Below the pieces are notes generated by a model. That model did no database searches, was not told where the DNA came from, and saw only the letters and a list, made by a program, of their open reading frames with translations. From an uncultured Planctomycetota bacterium (GTDB lineage Bacteria > Planctomycetota > Planctomycetia > Isosphaerales > Isosphaeraceae): 64,000 nt of DNA. The DNA lies in contig CAVTTN010000002.1 in the NCBI GenBank assembly GCA_963737655.1, forward strand, positions 4,928,001 through 4,992,000, in the 5' to 3' direction. A program made the translations under genes and the position numbers. Below, one piece after another: positions 9,681-17,037 of this stretch (the stretch's first letter is position 1; every line of letters begins with the position of its first letter).

Positions 9681-11576
9681 ATGCGATTTCTCTCGATTTT
9701 CTTGGCGGTTGTTGGCCTGGCGATGCCTTCTCTCGCGGCCGATCCCGGATCGGGCCGACCGGCGGGGGTGGCCTCGCGGGTCGTCCCGGGCGCCGAGGGA
9801 AAACCTCTCGCGTTGAAGGCCCCGAAGGGCGGGGCGCTGGCCCTGGTCTTCTACTCGACCGAGTGCCCGATCTCCAACGAGGCCAGCCCCGAGCTGAATA
9901 GCGTGGCCCGGGGAGTTCCGGGCGAGAAATTGGCGATGGTCGGCCTCTGCGTGGATCCCGACAAGGACGCCTCCGCCCTCGCGGCCCATGCGAAGGAGTT
10001 CACCCTGGCCTTCCCCGTGGCGTCGGACCGCGAGCTGTCGGTGGCCCATCGCCTCGGGGTGAAGGTCACGCCCGAGGTGGTCGTCCTGGACGATTCGGAT
10101 CGCGTCCGCTACCGGGGGCGGATCGACGATCGGTACGCCGCGCGAGGCAAGCCGAACGCCAACCCCCGGACCCACGAGCTCCGCGACGCCGTGGCGGCGG
10201 TGATCGCCGGCAAGGCCCCCGAGAATGCCGAGGTCGAGGCCGTCGGTTGCCCGTTGCCCACGCCTCCGAAGGCCGAGAAGGCCGTGCCGACGTACTCGGG
10301 GCGGATCGCCGCGATTTTGAAGGATCGATGCGTCGAGTGCCACCGGCCCGGCCAGGTCGGCCCGTTCCCGCTGTTGACCTATGAGCAGGCGAGGAAGAGG
10401 GCGACGGACCTGGCCTCGGTCGTCGAGTCGCGGCAGATGCCGCCGTGGAAGCCGTCGCCGGGGTTCGGGCCGGCGCTCAAGAGCGAGAAGACGCTGCCGG
10501 AGGCAGACGTCGCGGCCCTGGTGGCCTGGGCCGAGAACGGCGCCCCTCCGGGCGACCCGATCCCCCCCCTGGCGGCCTCGGAAGACACCGACGAATGGGC
10601 CCTGGGCCGTCCTGACCTGATCATCCAGTCCTCCGAGCCGTTCCCGGTGCCGGCCGCCGGGGCCGACATCTATCGATGCTTCGTGATCCCGACGAATTTG
10701 CCGAAGGACGTGTACATCTCGGCCATCGAGTACCAGCCGGGCGACCGCGGGGTCGTCCACCACGTCCTGAGCTACGTGGACATGACCGGCCAGGGCCGGA
10801 AGAGGGACGAGGCCGACCCGGGCCTGGGCTACTCCTGCTTCAGCGGCCCCGGTGTCGAGATCCACGGGGACCTCGGCGGCTGGGCCCCGGGCAATGAGCC
10901 GAGCTTCTTGCCCGAGGGCGTGGGCCGGTCTCTGCCGAAGGGCGCCGATGTGATCGTCCAGGTCCACTACCACCCCAACGGCAAGCCCACGACCGACCGG
11001 ACCCGCGTCGGCCTCCACTTCTCGAAGAAGCCGGTCAAGCAGGCCATGCAGTGGGCCGCCGCCGCGAACTTCGGGATGGTCCTCCCCGCCGGCAAGGACC
11101 GGATCGAGATCCCCGCGCGATGGACCGTCCCGGTGGACGTCGAGGCGCTGGCCATCTCGCCCCACATGCACCTGCTGGGCAAGGACATGACCATCGTCCT
11201 GACCGCCCCGGACGGCAAGCAGACCCCGATCATCAAGATCGACGACTGGGACTTCCTCTGGCAGAACACCTATTACTTCAAGGAACCGATCAAGATCGCC
11301 AAAGGGACCACGCTCGACGTGATCGCCCATTTCGACAACTCGGCGTCCAACCCGAGGAACCCGAACAAGCCGCCGAAGGAAGTCAAATGGGGCGAGGCGA
11401 CCACCGACGAGATGTGCATCGGCTTCCTCGCCCTGACCAAGGCCGGTCAGGACTTGACGAAGCCCGGAGAGGTCGATGACCTCCGCCAGATCATCGACAA
11501 GTCTTACGAGGCCGAACGGGAGAAATATCGTCGCTGGCGCGAGGCCGAGGAGAAGAAGGCCCGCGGCGAGAAGTAA
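9681..11576 (+). CDS. Secreted redoxin + c-type heme + copper type II (PHM/DBH-like) monooxygenase-domain protein
   Basis: GGAGGA RBS and signal peptide. Thioredoxin-fold FYSTECPIS..TPEVVVLD..YRGRIDD; CVECH heme motif; VVHHVL, VHYH, PHMHLLG and DEMC copper-ligand motifs. Confidence 0.85.
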   Translation: MRFLSIFLAVVGLAMPSLAADPGSGRPAGVASRVVPGAEGKPLALKAPKGGALALVFYSTECPISNEASPELNSVARGVPGEKLAMVGLCVDPDKDASALAAHAKEFTLAFPVASDRELSVAHRLGVKVTPEVVVLDDSDRVRYRGRIDDRYAARGKPNANPRTHELRDAVAAVIAGKAPENAEVEAVGCPLPTPPKAEKAVPTYSGRIAAILKDRCVECHRPGQVGPFPLLTYEQARKRATDLASVVESRQMPPWKPSPGFGPALKSEKTLPEADVAALVAWAENGAPPGDPIPPLAASEDTDEWALGRPDLIIQSSEPFPVPAAGADIYRCFVIPTNLPKDVYISAIEYQPGDRGVVHHVLSYVDMTGQGRKRDEADPGLGYSCFSGPGVEIHGDLGGWAPGNEPSFLPEGVGRSLPKGADVIVQVHYHPNGKPTTDRTRVGLHFSKKPVKQAMQWAAAANFGMVLPAGKDRIEIPARWTVPVDVEALAISPHMHLLGKDMTIVLTAPDGKQTPIIKIDDWDFLWQNTYYFKEPIKIAKGTTLDVIAHFDNSASNPRNPNKPPKEVKWGEATTDEMCIGFLALTKAGQDLTKPGEVDDLRQIIDKSYEAEREKYRRWREAEEKKARGEK

Positions 11577-11594
11577 CGCGCCTCGGATCAAAAG

Positions 11595-11691
11595 TTCACC
11601 ACGAAGTCACAAAGAGCACGAAGGAAGACACAAAGGGGGGTCGGATTCCCCTTTGTGTCTTCCTTCGTGCTCTTTGTGACTTCGTGGTGAA
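11595..11691. repeat. Perfect inverted repeat with 44-bp arms (11595-11638 / 11648-11691) and 9-nt loop
   Basis: TTCACCACGAAGTCACAAAGAGCACGAAGGAAGACACAAAGGGG and its exact reverse complement. Confidence 0.95.
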
Positions 11692-11861
11692 GGATCGAAG
11701 CCAGCAAGCCGCGTCCTGGCACGCGGATTGCCCCTGGATTCCGTCGCAGCGGGCGCCCTACACTTCGAGAGAATCCGTCAAGGACTCGGCGAGCCGTGCC
11801 GGGAGGATGTCCCGGGGAGCGGTCTCGGAAGGATACGGGATTCGAAGGGATCGAGGAAGCC

Positions 11862-12503
11862 ATGCGCGGCACGATCGGTCGGGCGGTCGTCTTGACCGTC
11901 CTGGGCCTCGTTGCGCCCGGGTGCGCCGCGAGCCATCAGGCCCGATACGTCTACCAGGACGGCGCGTTCGGCGTCGTCGGCATCCCCGAGAACACCTCGG
12001 TTTGGCCCTCCTATTATCGGGAGCAGGCCGAGTCGCTCATGAAGCGCCATTTCCCGGCGGGCTACGAAATCGTCCGGGCCGAGGAAGTGGTCGAGGGGTC
12101 GCGGACCAAGACCGTCAACGGCACGAACACGGCGGAAGTCGATGCGAACACCGTCGTCCCCCTGCTGAACCTGGTGAAGGTCGGCCGGACGGCCTCGACC
12201 AGCCAGGCGGACAAGGTGAGCATCAAGGAGTGCCGCATCCTGTACAAGAAGGCCGGCACCGTGGGCGAGCCGCCGGAGGCCGGATTCGCGGCCTCGGCGG
12301 CGCTCGGGCCCGAGCTGTACGTCGATCCGAACGCCGAGGCCCGCCACCACGTCGTCGCCAAGCCCGTGCCGCCGGACGACCCGGCCGAGAAGACGGCGAA
12401 GGCCGACGAGAAGACCGCGAACGAGGCCGTCCCCGATGCCGGAAAACCGGCCTCGGCCGCCGATTCCGACGACGCACCCGTCAAATCGACCCACAAGAAA
12501 TGA
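11862..12503 (+). CDS. Hypothetical lipoprotein, paralog of the next gene
   Basis: GAGGA RBS; signal peptide with lipobox-like VAPG-C; shares [15 protein letters not shown] and ECRI.Y.K blocks with 12678..13256. Confidence 0.8.
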   Translation: MRGTIGRAVVLTVLGLVAPGCAASHQARYVYQDGAFGVVGIPENTSVWPSYYREQAESLMKRHFPAGYEIVRAEEVVEGSRTKTVNGTNTAEVDANTVVPLLNLVKVGRTASTSQADKVSIKECRILYKKAGTVGEPPEAGFAASAALGPELYVDPNAEARHHVVAKPVPPDDPAEKTAKADEKTANEAVPDAGKPASAADSDDAPVKSTHKK

Positions 12504-12677
12504 CGAATATCCCTTGACGCGGTGACAGTCCGGACGTACTGTCCCCGCCGCACGTCGGGCGACGAGGGATGTCGCGGCGACCGAGCTTCCACCCGATCTC
12601 CACCGGCCGAGGCCCCGCTCTCCGTCGCCCTCCGGGCAGGATGCCCCGAGGCCGCCAGGATGGCGAGGAGATCGATC

Positions 12678-13256
12678 ATGCGCCGAGACTTACGACGATG
12701 GGCCGTGACGGGCCTGTCGCTGCTGGGCATGGGCTGCGCGTCGAGCCGGGAAGCCCGCTACGTCTATCAGGATGGCGATGCCGGCGTGATCGCGATCGAG
12801 CAGAACACGCCGAAGCAGATGGACCAGGCCGTCCGCCTGATGGAGAAGCACTTCCCGGGCAAGAATTACGAGGTCGTCCGGACCGTGGAAGTGGACGAAG
12901 GCAAGCGCACCCTGTTCGAATCGGACAAGCGCTCGGCCGACCTGGAGCCCCGGCTCGAAAACACCCTGTTCAAGACGGGCAAGTGGCACCGCGACCGCGA
13001 CTCCACGCATTCGGACCAGCTCACGATCCGCGAGTGCCGGATCATCTACAGGAAGAAGAACGCCCTGATCCCGCCGTCCCTGGCGTTCGCCACGTCGCCC
13101 AAGTATTCGCCCGAGCTCTACCCCGACCCGATCGCCCGCGAGATGGCCGAAGAAAAGCTCGCCCTGGCGAAGAAGGACGCGGTCAAGGATGGCGAGGTGA
13201 AGCCCGCCAGCCTCGAAGCGCCGTCGTCCCCGAATCCGCCCCTGCCGCCCAGGTAG
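12678..13256 (+). CDS. Hypothetical lipoprotein, paralog of the previous gene
   Basis: [29 protein letters not shown] lipobox; shared conserved blocks. Confidence 0.8.
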   Translation: MRRDLRRWAVTGLSLLGMGCASSREARYVYQDGDAGVIAIEQNTPKQMDQAVRLMEKHFPGKNYEVVRTVEVDEGKRTLFESDKRSADLEPRLENTLFKTGKWHRDRDSTHSDQLTIRECRIIYRKKNALIPPSLAFATSPKYSPELYPDPIAREMAEEKLALAKKDAVKDGEVKPASLEAPSSPNPPLPPR

Positions 13257-13519
13257 GGCCGATCCGAGGCAGGCCCCGGGTGTCGCTCCCGATTCCCGGT
13301 TCGGATCGCGTCGGCTCGGGTGGCTGGGGGCGGCGCCGCGACGCGTCTCGACCCCAGCCACCGGGGAACCTCGAATTCGAGAGGGGGACCCGCGGGCCCT
13401 CGACCTCGCCTGGCTTGAGCCCGGCGTGGCACGCTCCTAAGATAACGGGCACACGCCCCGCCCGGCCCAAAGGCCGGGCCCGCCCCCTCTCCGCCCCCGG
13501 CAAGGAAAGGACCTCTCGA

Positions 13520-15001
13520 ATGGCCACCGCCACCGAACCGAGGCGCAAGGCGACCTCCGGCCGCTCGTTCCAGACCAGGATGCTCATCGACGGCCAGTGG
13601 CGAGACAGCCTCAGCGGCAAGACCTTCGCCACCATCAACCCGGCGACCGAGGAGGTCATCGCCGAGGTCGCCGAGGGGGACAAGGCCGACATCGACCTCG
13701 CCGCGACCGCCGCCAGGAAGGCGTTCGACTCCGGCCCCTGGCGGACGATGGACGCTCGGGACCGCGGCCGGCTCCTCCTGAAGCTCGCCGACCTGATCGA
13801 GGCGAACTTCGACGAGCTCGCCGAGCTCGAGACGCTCGACAACGGCAAGCCGATCTCCGAGAGCCGCAACGCCGACCTGCCCCTGGTGATCGACTGCCTC
13901 CGCTACTACGCCGGGTGGGCCGACAAGATCCACGGCCAGACGATCCCGATCCGCGGCAATTACTTCTGCTACACGAGGAAGGAGCCCGTGGGGGTGGCCG
14001 GGCAGATCATCCCCTGGAACTTCCCGATGCTGATGGTGGCGTGGAAGTGGGGCCCCGCCCTGGCCGCCGGCTGCACGATCGTGATGAAGCCGGCCGAGCA
14101 GACCCCGCTGTCGTGCCTCCGCCTGGGCGAGCTGGCGATGGAGGCCGGGTTCCCCGACGGCGTGATCAACATCGTCCCGGGCTTCGGCGAGACGGCCGGC
14201 GATGCCGTCGTGAAGCACCCCGGGATCGACAAGGTCGCCTTCACCGGCTCGACCGAGGTCGGCAAGATCATCATGAGGAACGCGGCCGAGACGCTCAAGC
14301 GCGTGACCCTGGAACTGGGCGGCAAGAGCCCGAACATCGTCTTCGCCGACGCGGACCTGGACGCCGCCGTGGACGGCTCGATCCTCGGCCTCTACCTGAA
14401 CCAGGGGCAATGCTGCTGCGCCGGCAGCCGCCTGTTCGTCCAGGAGGGGATCTACGACGCCTTCGTCGAGAAGCTCGCCGCCAAGGCGTCGTCGAGGAAG
14501 CAGGGCGACCCGTTCGACCCGACGACCGAGATGGGCCCGCAGGTCGATCACGAGCAGTTCTCCAAGATCATGACCTACATCGGCCACGGCCGGGACCAGG
14601 GCGCCCGCTGCGTCACCGGAGGCGAACGGTTCGGCTCCAAGGGGTTCTTCATCAAGCCGACGATCTTCGCCGACGTGAAGGACGACATGGCCATCGCCCG
14701 GGACGAGATTTTCGGCCCGGTGCTGTCGGTCATCAAGTTCTCGGGCATGGACGAGGCGATCCGCCGGGCCAACGCCACCGAGTACGGCCTGGCCGCCGCC
14801 GTCTGGACCAAGGACATCAGCAAGGCCCACGCCATCGCCAACCGGGTGAGGGCCGGGACGGTCTGGGTCAACTGCTACGACGTCTTCGACGCCGCCGCCC
14901 CGTTCGGCGGGTTCAAGGCCAGCGGGATCGGCCGAGAGCTCGGCGAGAAGGCCCTGGACAACTACACCGAATCGAAGACGGTGACCGTCGCCCTCGGTTG
15001 A
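13520..15001 (+). CDS. NAD-dependent aldehyde dehydrogenase
   Basis: [30 protein letters not shown] (catalytic Glu), GQCCCAGSR (catalytic Cys), EIFGPV and [13 protein letters not shown] motifs. Start at ATG 13520 after AAAGGA. Confidence 0.97.
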   Translation: MATATEPRRKATSGRSFQTRMLIDGQWRDSLSGKTFATINPATEEVIAEVAEGDKADIDLAATAARKAFDSGPWRTMDARDRGRLLLKLADLIEANFDELAELETLDNGKPISESRNADLPLVIDCLRYYAGWADKIHGQTIPIRGNYFCYTRKEPVGVAGQIIPWNFPMLMVAWKWGPALAAGCTIVMKPAEQTPLSCLRLGELAMEAGFPDGVINIVPGFGETAGDAVVKHPGIDKVAFTGSTEVGKIIMRNAAETLKRVTLELGGKSPNIVFADADLDAAVDGSILGLYLNQGQCCCAGSRLFVQEGIYDAFVEKLAAKASSRKQGDPFDPTTEMGPQVDHEQFSKIMTYIGHGRDQGARCVTGGERFGSKGFFIKPTIFADVKDDMAIARDEIFGPVLSVIKFSGMDEAIRRANATEYGLAAAVWTKDISKAHAIANRVRAGTVWVNCYDVFDAAAPFGGFKASGIGRELGEKALDNYTESKTVTVALG

Positions 15002-15009
15002 GCGCCCGG

Positions 15010-15042
15010 CCCGAGGGGTGGGACTCGCCCCATCCCTCGGGC
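15010..15042 (+). terminator. GC-rich hairpin after the ALDH gene (possible terminator, no U-tract)
   Basis: GCCCGAGGGGTGGG...CCCATCCCTCGGGC stem. Confidence 0.4.
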
Positions 15043-15091
15043 GATTCGGAGGCTTGACCGGGCGTCCCCTCTTCGATGAAAATCGGCAGAC

Positions 15092-15916
15092 ATGAAACCC
15101 TGCCAACCCTTCGAACGACCGCCCGGCCGCCCGCGCCCGAGGCCGGTCGTGTGCGTGGGCCTGGACCTGGCGGGCGTGGGACACCGCCCGACCGGGCTGG
15201 CGATCCTCCGCGATGGCCGATTGAGCCGGCTCGGCACGCTCGGCGACGATGAGGAGGTGGTCCGTGTGGTCCAGAGGGCGGGCCGCCATGCGACGGTCGC
15301 CATCAACGCCCCGCTGACCCGGCCTCGGGGCCGGTGCTGCCTCGACGACGACTGCCCCTGCCGCCAGGACCCCGGGACGCGGAGCCGGGCCCTGGAGCGC
15401 GACCTGGCCCGGATGGGCGTGCCGGCGCTGGCCACGGCCCTGATCAAGGTCCTGGCCCGCCGAGGGGCGAGGATCGCTATGGCCCTCCGCGTGGCCGGGT
15501 TCGACCCCCTGGAAGTCTACCCATTCGCGACCCTGAAGCTACTCGGCCTGCCCTGGCGAGGCAAGAAGACCGTCGGCGGGAGGCGCGAGATCCATCGGGG
15601 CCTGAAGCGATGGGTGCCCGGCCTGGACCACCCCGGCGCCTCGGAGCACGAGCTCGACGCCGTGGCCTGCGCCCTGACGGCCCGGCTCTGGCTCCAAGGC
15701 CGGGCCCGGCTCGTCGGCGACGCCGACGAGGGCCTGATGGTCGTCCCGAAGCCGAGGAAGAAGCGATCAAGGCCCGCGGAACCCGTCGCGGCGGGCCGGG
15801 CCCGGGTTAGAAAGCGGCGAGACCGGGCCGTTTCCTCCTCGGCGGCCCCTGGCCGGAAGCATTTTGGGTCGTACGGAACCCGTGCGACCCAAAATGCTTC
15901 CGAACATGCTTTGTAG
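15092..15916 (+). CDS. DUF429-like predicted RNase H-fold nuclease
   Basis: VGLDLAG..TGLA, VAINAPL, R.LERDL, LEVYP.AT and ELDAVACALTA pattern, with a CCLDDDCPC insert. Confidence 0.75.
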   Translation: MKPCQPFERPPGRPRPRPVVCVGLDLAGVGHRPTGLAILRDGRLSRLGTLGDDEEVVRVVQRAGRHATVAINAPLTRPRGRCCLDDDCPCRQDPGTRSRALERDLARMGVPALATALIKVLARRGARIAMALRVAGFDPLEVYPFATLKLLGLPWRGKKTVGGRREIHRGLKRWVPGLDHPGASEHELDAVACALTARLWLQGRARLVGDADEGLMVVPKPRKKRSRPAEPVAAGRARVRKRRDRAVSSSAAPGRKHFGSYGTRATQNASEHAL

Positions 15917-15939
15917 AAAACCCCCTTGAGAATGAGGAA

Positions 15940-16015
15940 ACGAGTAGGTCCGACTTCAGTCGGGCCTACAGAGCAAGATCTTCTTGCAGGCCCGACTGAA
16001 GTCCGACCTACTCGT
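15940..16015. repeat. GTAG-type REP doublet in inverted orientation (REPIN-like)
   Basis: ACGAGTAGGTCCGACTTCAGTCGGGCCTACA ... TGCAGGCCCGACTGAAGTCCGACCTACTCGT; 31-bp arms with 2 mismatches, each with an internal GACT-NN-AGTC hairpin core. Confidence 0.85.
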
Positions 16016-16178
16016 CTCCTCTCCAGCACTCGGTTTTCTACGGAGCATTCCGAAGGCCTTTCCCTCCGGGAAGGGAACGGTCCTGGGCGGCGAGACGACC
16101 GAGCTTGTCGCGGTCGCCCCGTTCTGGTAGCGTCCCGGGCCGGACCTGGATCGGTCCGCCCCCGGGAGTCCCTTCGCG

Positions 16179-16973
16179 ATGGATGCGACCGAACCCGCGA
16201 CCTGGTTCGCCGGGGACCTCGCCGACCCCTGGGCGTTGGCCATCGCCGAGGCGATGCCGAGGTCGGCCACGCGGTTCGGCGAGGGCTGGCCCGAGTCGTG
16301 GCCGGGCTCGGGCGTGGTCGTCCTCCACACGTCCCGCCTGTCGAACGACCGGATCGAGGCCCTGAAGCTGGCCCGATCCGCCGGGGGGGCGGCGACCCGG
16401 ATCATCCTGTGCCTTGGGCCTCACGTCCGGGCCTGGGAGGCCGAGCGGTGCTCGGCCCTCGCCGACGTCACCCTCGCCGAGGCGACCGCGCCGGACGTGA
16501 TCGCCCGTTACCTCGACGATCGGCCGAGAACCCCGCCCAGCGGCCGGGGCCGGAAGGTCTCGGTGGTCGTCCACGGGTTCGAGGCCCGTCGCGTGCTGGT
16601 CGAAGCCTGCGAAGGGGCCGGCTTCGAGGTCCGGGGCTCGCGTGATTGGGACGACGCCCGGGCGGACTCGGTGGCCCTCTGGGACGTCCCCTTGCTGGAG
16701 CCGGGCTGGGAGGCCACGCTCCGGAGGGAGACGGTCCGCCAGCCCGTGGTCGTCCTCCTGGGCTTCGCCGATCGCCAGAGCGTGGCCTCGGCGAGAGCGG
16801 CCGGGGCCTCGGCCTGCCTGGATTCTCCGTGCGACCTGGCCGACCTGCTGTTCGTCCTCGATCGCGTGGCGACCCGGCCGGCGATCGACCATGGTCACGC
16901 CGTCCCCCCGCCGCCGATGGGCCTTCGGGACCGGCGATCGGTTGGCCGCCCGGCCCCTCTCGGCCTAGAATGA
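16179..16973 (+). CDS. Hypothetical protein with degenerate receiver (CheY-like) domain(s)
   Basis: C-terminal half has a REC-like layout (VALWDVP...PVVVLLG...AAGASACLDSPCDLADL); the acidic pair and Lys are missing. Confidence 0.65.
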   Translation: MDATEPATWFAGDLADPWALAIAEAMPRSATRFGEGWPESWPGSGVVVLHTSRLSNDRIEALKLARSAGGAATRIILCLGPHVRAWEAERCSALADVTLAEATAPDVIARYLDDRPRTPPSGRGRKVSVVVHGFEARRVLVEACEGAGFEVRGSRDWDDARADSVALWDVPLLEPGWEATLRRETVRQPVVVLLGFADRQSVASARAAGASACLDSPCDLADLLFVLDRVATRPAIDHGHAVPPPPMGLRDRRSVGRPAPLGLE

Positions 16974-17037
16974 TCGGAAGTGCGACAACGAGGGATCGCG
17001 GATCGTGGGGACGACCGGGGAGACCGGCGAGGCACTC

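Noticed and set aside
9082..9901. Short ORFs sharing peptides such as LANLASWRLVPPRFPRK and MAVGPSPIPPKTG on opposite strands
   Set aside because: Artefacts of translating the two arms of the inverted repeat and its AT-rich core
12569..13519. N-terminal extension making an 810-aa ALDH fusion
   Set aside because: Off-frame read-through of the lipoprotein gene; ALDH has its own RBS and ATG at 13520
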